Assembly (NCBI GenBank): GCA_035285545.1
Contig: JAYKGY010000056.1
Span: 1 to 59,213, forward strand
Length of the DNA stretch: 59,213 bases
Source: Snowella sp.
GTDB lineage: Bacteria > Cyanobacteriota > Cyanobacteriia > Cyanobacteriales > Microcystaceae
Reading direction: 5' to 3'
In this document: piece after piece, positions 48,556 to 57,963 of the stretch
How positions within the stretch are numbered: the stretch's first letter is position 1
Layout of the letters: each line of letters begins with the position of its first letter
Notes under the pieces: generated by a model
Seen by the model: only the letters and a program-made list of their open reading frames with translations
What the model was told of the DNA's origin: nothing
The model's database searches: none
Position numbers and translations under genes: made by a program

Positions 48556-48603
48556 AAAAAAGGCTCCCCAGTGTTGAGTACAAGTTATCACCAGGGAGTT
48601 TTG
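48556..48603 (-). terminator. Rho-independent terminator after the 2529-aa gene
   Basis: Minus strand reads ACTCCCTGGTG...CACTGGGGAGC followed by TTTTTT. Confidence 0.75.
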
Positions 48604-48610
48604 TGTCACC

Positions 48611-51600
48611 TTACATAAAGACAAAATCGGCTGCTGTCAGATTGGCCGTATTGACACCTTGGAGAATGGCAAAAACGTCTCCATTAAGGGCAAGACTGTT
48701 GCCGACGCGCTGAATTTGGTCAAAGCCAATGCCTGCATCTTGATTCATAATGCCGATGACATCGGTTCCTTGGGTAAAATCAACGACCGTGTTGGGGGTA
48801 TCGGGAGCGAGATCGGTTAGTAACCAGAACTTATCCGCCCCAGCCCCGCCAGAGAGAAGGTTATCGCCATCGAATTGAACATAGAATTCGTCATTGCCAT
48901 CACCTCCCAGGGCACGACCATTAGCTCCAAGGTAAAAAATATCATTGCCTTTTCCGCCAGAGAGTCGGTAATTCATGCCATCCGTTGCATCGAATTGATC
49001 GTCCCCACTGCCGCCATTGGCGCGATCGCCGTTGCCCACAAAAATCGTATCGTTCCCACTGCCCAAATTGACTCGATTAAAGCCTTTCCCCGGGCCACCA
49101 ATCGGAGTATCAACTACATCATCACCCGCCCCAGTAAAGAGGGTGTCTCCGTTGCCGTTAAAGTGAGTACCCGCCTCAAACAGATCGCTAGCAGGCGTTC
49201 CTGAAACCAAAGCAGGTGGGGAAGGCGGCAAAATGGTATCAGAGCGATAGTTGAGATTTTGAATACGGGTATCCAATTCAATGGGGGTATCCGCTTGATT
49301 AAAGGCCTTGGAAGCATCGGGATAAAATTGGGTGAGATATTCGGCTAAAGCGTCTTGTTCTCCTGCTTTGGCTAAGCTAGTCACTTGATCGGGGACATTG
49401 GGGGCATTCAAATCAGCCAACTTCACAATATTGCTGAAATAGAAGGTCGGATAGCCATCGCCACCGGCGGCCAAAAAGTCTAAAATCACCATTTTATAGG
49501 TTTGGTTGGCATCGACTTTTAGTTCCCCATTTTCGACAATGACTTTTTCTGAGCCATCGTTTTGAATCATGACCAGATTTTGAATCCGTTGCCCTGGGGT
49601 TCTGACACTTGTCGCTAGTCCATTACTATCTCGATTAAAGGCGATCGCGGTTCTATCGGGGTCGTAACTAAACTTAAAGCCACCGATTTGTCCAAATTGC
49701 CCTGGTGTAACCCCCACGGCCCAAGGCGCAACAAAATGTTCGGCTAAATCCTTTAACCCTTGAGCCGTGATATCAGCAACAGAGAGTTTGTTATCAAATC
49801 GGAGAGAATTACCAATATCTAACTGGGAAATATCTCCCTGTTCCTTGCCCACCGAGGGATTGGCTTGAGGCGGCAATTGAATCAGTTCATTAGTTCCCCC
49901 TTCAATGTAGGACAGCCCAATTTGATCCCGAATACCACCACCATTTTTGATGGAAATATCAATATCGAAACCATACTGTTCCGCATACCAAAGATTCGCA
50001 TCAGCAGTCAGATTCCCTAAATTCGTTTCTTCGGTACGAACACTACTCCGAAGACCATTGAGATAAACCGCCGTGTTGCCGTAAATTTTGCCATCGAGTC
50101 CACTAATAAAGGTTTCGACATTTTCGACCACCGCTACAATATCGGGATCGGCAACGGTTTTCACTTGATCATAGGTCGTAATACTGGCTTCGTAGAGACG
50201 ATCAACCCCCGCAATATCTGTTGCATAGGCTCCACTATCTTCCCCAACCTTCGTAATAAAGCCATTTTCATCGAATTCAACGATTAATTGGCTGAGATAA
50301 CGGTAGTTTGCTCCCGTATTAATCAGGTAGATGGGGTTGCCGTCTGCATCGGTTTGAAGTTGGGGATAGGGCTGTAGCAATTCAGGCGGCGTTTGAACTT
50401 CATCCTGTCGCAGCATCGTACCATCACTGGCCATGACGCGATGGGAGCCTCCCCCCATTAAAACATCAACATTTTTTAATTTGGGTGCTAAGGCCTGTTC
50501 AATCTCAAATTGTTGCAGGTGCGTCATTAAGACAACTTTATTAATCCCTTGGGACACCAACGCATCAACAACAGGTTGGATATTTGCCGCCAAGGTTTGA
50601 GCATTTGCTTCAATGCCATTAGCCGTTGCATCCGTTAGCATTTGGATTCGACCAATATTGGCGATTCGGGACAGATAGGGGACAACTGCCGCTACGATCC
50701 CGACTTTTTCACCCCCGATTTCGACGACGACGCTACCCGCTAAACTATTGGGTTTGGGGGCTTGGCCATTGGCAACCACCAGGGACTGTAAATTGGTTTC
50801 GCTACTGTAGTTTAAATTGGTCGCTAGGTAGGGGAATTGGGCCCCCAGGTAACCACTTTCTCCAATGCCTACGCCGGTCATGTTGGCTTTTGGGGCAAGC
50901 AGATTATAAAATGCCCCTGACCCCGCATCAAATTCATGATTCCCAACGGCGGCCGCATCCCATCCCAGTTCATTTTGGATGAGCATATCCGCAACACCAA
51001 CTTGTCCGTAGAGATCTAAGCTTGCGTTAAAGAAGGGCCCTGAAATAAATAGATCCCCGGAACTCAATTTGAGGGTATTTTCATACTTCGCATCAAGCGC
51101 GTTCATGACGGCAGAAAAACCCAGAATGTCTTTTAAAGCAGGAATACCCGCTTCTTGATCGGAGGCATGGAGTAATTGCAGTTGGAAAGGAATATTGAGG
51201 CTCACAATAGAGGGGTCATGATCACTGAGTTGATCCGAAAATTCGCTGTTGATGCGTACTACGTCGTATTGAGCATTAGCTGCCAGGTTATGGCTCACTA
51301 GGATTTGATCCAGGGTTTGGGCATTCCCTTCAAAGTTGTAGGTGTAGCGTTCATTGGCGGGTAAGGTTTCAATTAAATTGGTTAAACCTGAACCTTCTAG
51401 AATGCTTAGGGGTTGGGAAAATTCAAAGTCATTGAGATCGCCTAAGACAACGATTTTGGCATTCGGATCAGCCGTTTTAAGGTTGGTGACGAAATCGGCA
51501 ACGGCTTGGGCCTGAAGATTGCGCTGGACTTCGGTAAACTGCTCTGGAGGTTGAACACGGCCAAAGAGGGGTTGATCGCCGCCTTTGGAATTGAAGTGAT

Positions 51601-54600
51601 TGCCAATCACAAACACGGTTTCCCCATTGAAGGTGAATTCGCCCACGAGGGGTTTACGGGAGGCGTTAAAGGTATCTCCATTGCTGAGGTTATTATCAAC
51701 AATCCGACCAGGGCTGAGGGAGAGGTCGGGTTTACCATCGTTGTTGCTATCGGTGACGGTTACGCCGGTGGTTGAGCGGTCTACGGTATTCTCTCCCCGA
51801 TCCACGAAATCGACCCGTGCATCGTTAAATAGGAAGCCGACTCGAATATTTCCGCCCGTTTGTCCGCCATCCTGATTGTTAACGGGATCAATTTGGCGAT
51901 AACTGTAGGTGGGGCCGCCTGCTGCGGCGATCGCTGCGATTAATTGGCCATAGGTTTGATCCGCTGTGATGGTTCCATCATTAGTGGCTCCGTTGTTGTC
52001 CTGAATTTCTTCGAGGCTGATAATATCGGGGGATTTCAGGTTGGTGACGATGGCGGCGGCGATCGCTTCAAAACGACTTTGGGCCGCATTGCCGCCGAGG
52101 TTTTCCACATTGAAGGTAGCAACCGTCAAACGAGAGCGATTGCCTACCAAATTGGTGATTTCTTTGGTTAAATTACTTGCCTGAACAACGGTCGGAGCCT
52201 CACTGACCAGAACTTCGTAGTTGCCAAAATCGTAATTGACAACCCCAGTTATATCGCTAAGGCGATCGCCGACCTTAACATCGGGTAAAACTAAACTATT
52301 ACGGAGATCATCGATCTGGATACGCTCAGGATTGTAGTCCGTTTCCGTGATTAAACTCCCTCCCGCTACCGTTCGACTGGTGGCATTGGCTCCATCGTCT
52401 CCCAAGACCCAAATTTCTTGAGATGTTCCAAAGGTTGCAGTGGGAGAAGTGGCGACGGGATTGTTGATCTGTACCCGCATCCCTTCCAAACTTTCATAAA
52501 AATCCAGCCCATCGGTCGTGGGGTCAAAGCTGCTATTTTCTGCCACATTGGGGAACAATTGCCCCCGCAGTTCCCCCGAAGGATTACTCATGGTGTGGAG
52601 ATTGACATAAAATCCCCCATTGCGGAGCGTTGCGATTTCCGATTCCGAGAGAACAAATGTTCCAGTAAATGTCCCCGATAAATTATCGGCATTGGGCGTA
52701 ACGGTCAGATTTTTGAAAATCCCGCCATTATTCCCCACCGATCCCGTATGAATGTGAATCGGACTGCCATTGACCTCTCGGAGCGCACTGCTCAAATTGC
52801 CAAAGGTTCCATTCACCGTGAGGGTGTTGGTTGCCTGATCGAAACTAAAGGATACTGACCCACTGGCACTCGTATTACTGGTGGGACGAACTTCCTGTAT
52901 TTCCGCCATGAGCAAGTTATTGACAGTAAAGCTATCAGCTAGGAGAGAATTGCTTTGGATAAGGCTATTGGGAGGAATGCGGCCATTGGTGCCTAAGATA
53001 AGGGCCGCGGGTAAGGGATTTCCACTGCTGATCAGGGTGATGGTGGGGCTGGTAATTTGGGTAATCGAAAGGTTATTGGTCGGGTTGATACTACTCGCGC
53101 CAGGCGTAAATTCTGTAACCGTTCCACTGACTTGCACTGCATCCCCGATCGCGACGGTGGGGGCACTGCTCGTAAAAACAAAAATTCCGTCAGCGGTTGC
53201 CTCATTATTATCGGGACGGGGGTCTTGCAGATAGAAGCCATTAGCAGCTAGGGCAGTCACAATTCCGGGTACTCCGCTTACCGTTTGTCCTCGGAGGGGA
53301 GAAAGATGACCCGCCCCTTGAATATCACTGATCCGAGTGCCTGCATTAACGGCATAAACCGCAATGGTCTTACTGATTTCATTGGCAACAACGACTAGGG
53401 GTTGGCCGTTGGGACTGTCGCTGGCAGCAATGAAGGTTAAACCTTCTGGCCCGGAATCCGTTGCGTTGGTTTGGGGGTCGGCGGCAAAATCGCGGGGATT
53501 AATATATTGAACAAAATTAGGGGCTGTGGGATTGGTCACTTCATAGACCATGACTCCGCCCACCCGCTCTAGGCCGATAAAGGCATAGGTGCGGTTGTTG
53601 ATGGTGCCAACGGCAACGCCTTCGGGTTCTGGCCCTTTGTTATCACTGCGGTTATCGACGTTATTGCCTCCGTTATCGGAATTGAAATTGGCGGGGAAAA
53701 CGGAAGCCACTATCTGCTCAAAGTCATCGCCACTGTCGTAAACCAATTTGCCATTGCTGTCCCAGATCGAGAACGATCGCGAGCCTAAAGCTTGAATTTG
53801 GTCAATATCACCATCGCTATCTAGATCCCCTGTAGCTTTAGTTAGTTGCAATCGTCCAAGATTCGCGTTTTGTTTTAAGGTTGCTGCATCAGGGAAAAGG
53901 GTGGGATCAAGGAGATAGTCCGCACTACTAACGCGGATTTCCTCGGAAAAACCACTGTAATCACGGGAATCGCCTTCGTTAGCGGTGACGTAGTAGGTTT
54001 GGCCGTTGACAGTAAATGATGCAATGCTATCGGGTTGATACATCCCAAATACGGGCACGTTGCGAATATTGATGCCCACGTCGCGATCGCTCGGATCAAT
54101 CCCGTTGGAGTTGGTGGTAATCAATCCTAAAACAACGGGTTCGGGGCTTGGATCAGGTGTAAAGGTTCCCGTGGTGGTGTCAATGGTAATCCCTGCTACC
54201 TGGAAGTCGTTGTCGTTGATGACCGCGATCGTATCCGCATCAACCAGAGCTAACCCTTCAACCTTTTCGACTCCGTTATAACCCGCCGTTGCCAGATCAA
54301 TATGGAGCATTTTTCTGACAGACGTAATCCCTGCGGCGATCAGTTCGTCTGGGGTCATCTGATCCAGGGTTTTGCCGTTGATGGGCGCATCTAAACCATC
54401 AATGTTGGTTGCACCAGCTAGGTTGAAACGATAGACTTTCTTTTCGATGGTATTGAGTGCATCGCCGCTATTGATGGAATCATCATCCCGCTCAACGATT
54501 AGAAACTCACCATTGCCGATATAAACTGCATCACCGACTTTATCGGGACGGGTATTGGAGTCTCCCCCTAAATTTCCGTTATCCAGACGATAGAGATATT

Positions 54601-56200
54601 GGGCTGTGACGGCTTTCGTGGTTAGGTCAAATTCAACCACCCGAATATTATTCAAATTATTGAGATTGCCATTCGTTAAAGTCGTGGGGTTCCGCAGGGG
54701 ACTTTGCACAAAGGCATAGAGCTTGTTGGTATCGGTATTAAGCGCAACTGCTTCAAATCCCCGATTTTGACGACGTTGGGCCAATACTGCGGGTAGTGCT
54801 TCTGTGCCAAAGGTCCCTACTGCCTGACCCGCCGCTTCTGCCGTTCCAGTCGGGACAAAGCGATCGCGTAATTTACCATCACTATCGAAATGATAGATAG
54901 CCGGACGGTATTCATCCACCATCCAAAAGCTGTTGTCCTGGGGATTGACGACAATTCCCTCAAAATCCCCCCCTAAGCTATCTAAATTTAAAACATTGCC
55001 CCGCAGATCGACAGGCACTTCATCATTGTAAGCCTGACTTGCATTGGTACTCAGGGATGTATTGGGTAAACCTGAAAGCAGTTTTCCTGTGGAATCTTTG
55101 AGTTGAATCCGTTCGGTCAGGGTAATTTGTCCTGTACTGCGATTGAGTTCAAAGCGGACAATTTCTGGGGTAAAGTCGGGTAAGAGAAAAGGACGGTTGA
55201 TGCCTGTTGGTTCACCGTTTGGGCCGCGATCCGTATGGGTAATAAATTTGAGATTACCGTTGTCTGCTTTGCCTTCGTAGAATAAGCCCGAAAAACCACC
55301 GAGAAATAGTTCTTGACCCGCTTCGGTGGAGCCAATCGTTGGTAAATTGTTGAACTCAAAGGTTTCTAAACCCTTAACGGTGACGCTGTTGTGATTTTTG
55401 AGTCCTAGAGGAAGAATGGATTCAACGGTGGCCGTGGCGACATCTACGACCGCGATCGCGTTATTTTCCTGTAACGTGACCCACGCTTTTGTCCCATCCC
55501 CATTGAAAGTAATGTATTCCGGTTCAAGATCCTGAGCCACCGAGGAACCTGGCCCAAAGATGCGTACCCCTGAAGCCCGTAAACTGTCAATTTGGCTATT
55601 AAAGGATTCAAAGGAGGCTTCTTGGACTGTCGCATTAATTACGCCATTGGAAAGGTCGATAATGTCGATAATACTGACTGAGCCAACCGGATCAAAAGTA
55701 TAGGCATCGTTGGGTTGCCCTTCATTGGCGGTTAGAATTTTCGTCCCATCGGGGGTAAAAGTCAGCATATCGGGCAGATAGCCTACCGTCACTTTTCCTA
55801 AATAGGCTCCATTGGCTGCATTGAAGAACTGCACTTCGCCTGGGTTTTCGTCTAAAGTCGTCTGGTTGGTAATGGCGATCGCGACAGTCACAATTCCTTC
55901 ACTCACCGTTCCCACTTTTCCGACCGCTACACTATTGGGAAGTAGGGTAAACCCGCCTGATGTAGCACCATCGGGATCACCGTCCATATTGAGGGACAAA
56001 TCAGCAATCTTTGTCGGATTCGCTGGATCAGTAAAGTTGAGGACTTCTACAACAGACCCCGCAACCACGAAAAGACGTTGGCTCACCGGATCAAATGCGG
56101 GGATTTCTGCTCCAATGCTACTGCCATAACCGCCGATTTTAGTTAAAAAGTCTGTCGTGTTAAAAGTACCAAATGCCATATTGTCTTGATTAAGAACCAT
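48611..56200 (-). CDS. Giant multidomain extracellular phosphatase/nuclease (choice-of-anchor-I alkaline phosphatase with nested phytase-like domain, OB fold, CHRD, EEP nuclease, 5'-nucleotidase, C-terminal RTX-like repeats)
   Basis: AEI.AFD, PDM..FTPDG..TANEG, DLEPEYI, TANEGDSR and RSDNKGPEPEG (alkaline phosphatase propeller). ISDIQG...GFYLQD (OB). FNVENL...NHFNSK...GDLND...SDHDP (EEP). LLHASDQE...GNHEFD...ETNLGNL.ADA...NGGGIR (5'-nucleotidase). GGxGxD repeats. Confidence 0.9.
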   Translation of the reverse strand: MVLNQDNMAFGTFNTTDFLTKIGGYGSSIGAEIPAFDPVSQRLFVVAGSVVEVLNFTDPANPTKIADLSLNMDGDPDGATSGGFTLLPNSVAVGKVGTVSEGIVTVAIAITNQTTLDENPGEVQFFNAANGAYLGKVTVGYLPDMLTFTPDGTKILTANEGQPNDAYTFDPVGSVSIIDIIDLSNGVINATVQEASFESFNSQIDSLRASGVRIFGPGSSVAQDLEPEYITFNGDGTKAWVTLQENNAIAVVDVATATVESILPLGLKNHNSVTVKGLETFEFNNLPTIGSTEAGQELFLGGFSGLFYEGKADNGNLKFITHTDRGPNGEPTGINRPFLLPDFTPEIVRFELNRSTGQITLTERIQLKDSTGKLLSGLPNTSLSTNASQAYNDEVPVDLRGNVLNLDSLGGDFEGIVVNPQDNSFWMVDEYRPAIYHFDSDGKLRDRFVPTGTAEAAGQAVGTFGTEALPAVLAQRRQNRGFEAVALNTDTNKLYAFVQSPLRNPTTLTNGNLNNLNNIRVVEFDLTTKAVTAQYLYRLDNGNLGGDSNTRPDKVGDAVYIGNGEFLIVERDDDSINSGDALNTIEKKVYRFNLAGATNIDGLDAPINGKTLDQMTPDELIAAGITSVRKMLHIDLATAGYNGVEKVEGLALVDADTIAVINDNDFQVAGITIDTTTGTFTPDPSPEPVVLGLITTNSNGIDPSDRDVGINIRNVPVFGMYQPDSIASFTVNGQTYYVTANEGDSRDYSGFSEEIRVSSADYLLDPTLFPDAATLKQNANLGRLQLTKATGDLDSDGDIDQIQALGSRSFSIWDSNGKLVYDSGDDFEQIVASVFPANFNSDNGGNNVDNRSDNKGPEPEGVAVGTINNRTYAFIGLERVGGVMVYEVTNPTAPNFVQYINPRDFAADPQTNATDSGPEGLTFIAASDSPNGQPLVVVANEISKTIAVYAVNAGTRISDIQGAGHLSPLRGQTVSGVPGIVTALAANGFYLQDPRPDNNEATADGIFVFTSSAPTVAIGDAVQVSGTVTEFTPGASSINPTNNLSITQITSPTITLISSGNPLPAALILGTNGRIPPNSLIQSNSLLADSFTVNNLLMAEIQEVRPTSNTSASGSVSFSFDQATNTLTVNGTFGNLSSALREVNGSPIHIHTGSVGNNGGIFKNLTVTPNADNLSGTFTGTFVLSESEIATLRNGGFYVNLHTMSNPSGELRGQLFPNVAENSSFDPTTDGLDFYESLEGMRVQINNPVATSPTATFGTSQEIWVLGDDGANATSRTVAGGSLITETDYNPERIQIDDLRNSLVLPDVKVGDRLSDITGVVNYDFGNYEVLVSEAPTVVQASNLTKEITNLVGNRSRLTVATFNVENLGGNAAQSRFEAIAAAIVTNLKSPDIISLEEIQDNNGATNDGTITADQTYGQLIAAIAAAGGPTYSYRQIDPVNNQDGGQTGGNIRVGFLFNDARVDFVDRGENTVDRSTTGVTVTDSNNDGKPDLSLSPGRIVDNNLSNGDTFNASRKPLVGEFTFNGETVFVIGNHFNSKGGDQPLFGRVQPPEQFTEVQRNLQAQAVADFVTNLKTADPNAKIVVLGDLNDFEFSQPLSILEGSGLTNLIETLPANERYTYNFEGNAQTLDQILVSHNLAANAQYDVVRINSEFSDQLSDHDPSIVSLNIPFQLQLLHASDQEAGIPALKDILGFSAVMNALDAKYENTLKLSSGDLFISGPFFNASLDLYGQVGVADMLIQNELGWDAAAVGNHEFDAGSGAFYNLLAPKANMTGVGIGESGYLGAQFPYLATNLNYSSETNLQSLVVANGQAPKPNSLAGSVVVEIGGEKVGIVAAVVPYLSRIANIGRIQMLTDATANGIEANAQTLAANIQPVVDALVSQGINKVVLMTHLQQFEIEQALAPKLKNVDVLMGGGSHRVMASDGTMLRQDEVQTPPELLQPYPQLQTDADGNPIYLINTGANYRYLSQLIVEFDENGFITKVGEDSGAYATDIAGVDRLYEASITTYDQVKTVADPDIVAVVENVETFISGLDGKIYGNTAVYLNGLRSSVRTEETNLGNLTADANLWYAEQYGFDIDISIKNGGGIRDQIGLSYIEGGTNELIQLPPQANPSVGKEQGDISQLDIGNSLRFDNKLSVADITAQGLKDLAEHFVAPWAVGVTPGQFGQIGGFKFSYDPDRTAIAFNRDSNGLATSVRTPGQRIQNLVMIQNDGSEKVIVENGELKVDANQTYKMVILDFLAAGGDGYPTFYFSNIVKLADLNAPNVPDQVTSLAKAGEQDALAEYLTQFYPDASKAFNQADTPIELDTRIQNLNYRSDTILPPSPPALVSGTPASDLFEAGTHFNGNGDTLFTGAGDDVVDTPIGGPGKGFNRVNLGSGNDTIFVGNGDRANGGSGDDQFDATDGMNYRLSGGKGNDIFYLGANGRALGGDGNDEFYVQFDGDNLLSGGAGADKFWLLTDLAPDTPNTVVDFTQGTDVIGIMNQDAGIGFDQIQRVGNSLALNGDVFAILQGVNTANLTAADFVFM

Positions 56201-56419
56201 AACAAAATAAATAGAAAAGCGTTAACAATAAAAACTTCCGCAATTTAAGGAGATGGGCCAGATCCTAACCCGTTAATTTTTCACAAATCGTTAAACCAAG
56301 TCACTCTAATTGTGGCAAAAAAATATGCGTTTTTATCAGTCTTGTAATGCTCAATACATCTTGTTAATTCTCTAATCTAGGTAATTTTATCAATTCTTTA
56401 ACTCCTTATTTTGATACGC

Positions 56420-56466
56420 AGATTAAGACAAAATGAGGGTAAAGTAAAGATTATGTTTAGGTTAAG
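56420..56466 (-). promoter_or_regulatory. Pho box (SphR/PhoB site, three repeats) with -10 element
   Basis: Minus strand reads CTTAACCT-aaa-CATAATCT-tta-CTTTACCC (56466-56437, 11-bp period, PyTTAAPyPy(T/A)-like), then TAATCT 11 nt downstream. Confidence 0.85.
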
Positions 56467-56827
56467 ATTTGAATGATTGGTTGTTTTGGACTAGCGCAAT
56501 TGATGGATTTTTGATCAATGCAACTTAGAAAATAAAAATAAATCTTGATCTGAAGGTTTTGAAAAGATTCTTATTGGCTTATTTTTGAAATATAGTTTCG
56601 CTGTCCATTTGTTTAATTCCTTCATTCCATCTTCGCAACGAATTGATTCCTGGTAGCCATTCCCCCTGGATTAGGCAATGAGCAGTAACACGCTTAAAAA
56701 ATGGGCGCGATCGCTATCGAATAGTTTAGGAAGGGGTTTTTGAGCTTAAATTAAAGAATTGAGTATGGAAGAGCGATCAATTCCCCATGGCATATTAGAC
56801 TTAAAGTCTAGAGAGCTAACTAAGTTT

Positions 56828-57295
56828 ATGGATGTTCAATTTCGAGAATTTAATCCCTTTGACCTCTGGGTGTGGTTGGAATTTGAAACGGTTCCTTCAC
56901 CGATGGAGCAGCAATATGTAGAGGAAGTGTTTGATTCTTGGTTTTATTTGGGGAAATTAAGCGCGTTTAATGCAGAAAATCTTCAAGTTCAAGACATGGG
57001 CATTGATATCAGTTACATGGCTTATGATAGTACCCTCGCGGGCGAATCCATGATGGCTCCAATGCACAATATGGCGGATTTTCAGTATGAAGGGAATTGG
57101 GGACGCTGTTGGTTTGATTTGGGAACCAGTGATTTGATCGCGATCGATATTCTGATTAACGCCCTCACCCAACTCAGCCAAGAATTTGTGCCGATTAAAC
57201 AATTGATTATTGGCGGAGAAAATGAAGATTGGCCCATTGATCCTAAACAGCGATCAACCTTTGCTGATTTTGACGATGAGTTAGCGTATAACTAG
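56828..57295 (+). CDS. DUF3531 family protein
   Basis: MDVQFREFNPFDLWVWLEF...FNAENLQ...MHNM...WFDLGTSD. Likely ATG at 56828. Confidence 0.85.
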   Translation: MDVQFREFNPFDLWVWLEFETVPSPMEQQYVEEVFDSWFYLGKLSAFNAENLQVQDMGIDISYMAYDSTLAGESMMAPMHNMADFQYEGNWGRCWFDLGTSDLIAIDILINALTQLSQEFVPIKQLIIGGENEDWPIDPKQRSTFADFDDELAYN

Positions 57296-57298
57296 AGA

Positions 57299-57925
57299 TT
57301 AGGGGGATTGGGGCGTAATCCAGCGATATTGATAGGATTCATTTTCGGCTCCCCAAACTTGCTTGCCTTGAGCATCAAAGCCCCGATCCCAAGTATCCAT
57401 TCCCCCTGAATGCAAAATAACTGTATTGGTCACTTTCACTGCGCCGCGCACATTGGCCGGACAACCTTGAGGTGGCGTTTCTCCTTGATAGCCGTTTTTA
57501 ATGGGTTTGAGAAAGACCTGACAGATCGATTCTCCTAAATCCTGTTTAGATATCTGACGCATGGCTTCAGGCCGCTGACAGAAACCAACTAGGGTTTGAG
57601 GTTGGACAGGTTTAAAAGACTCTGATGCAATGACCTGGGGATCGGCGGTGGTTTTAATCGCCAGTATTCGTTGACGATAGGGATTGTCTAGCTGTTGAGT
57701 GAGGGCCTGTTCTTGATACAGGTAAATGCCTTGAGCATCCTCTTTGAGGGGGACTTTACAGGTTGTCATGCGGACGCTGCGAATTTTGGGATTGGTTGCG
57801 GCTTGGGCTGTGGTATCCATAACGCCGACAAGATGCTTAACCACATCATTAATGAGAGGATTAACCGATTGAGTTTGGGTAAGTAACGGAGCGATTATGA
57901 TAGGAAGCAGAGGAGTCAATGGCAT
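57299..57925 (-). CDS. CpcT/CpeT-family chromophore lyase-like protein
   Basis: LYQEQA...PYRQR, C-x-V, WDRGFD..GKQVWG. Hydrophobic N-terminus. Confidence 0.85.
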   Translation of the reverse strand: MPLTPLLPIIIAPLLTQTQSVNPLINDVVKHLVGVMDTTAQAATNPKIRSVRMTTCKVPLKEDAQGIYLYQEQALTQQLDNPYRQRILAIKTTADPQVIASESFKPVQPQTLVGFCQRPEAMRQISKQDLGESICQVFLKPIKNGYQGETPPQGCPANVRGAVKVTNTVILHSGGMDTWDRGFDAQGKQVWGAENESYQYRWITPQSP

Positions 57926-57963
57926 TGGTTTATATCATCAAAGGAAGAACTCAACCATCTATT

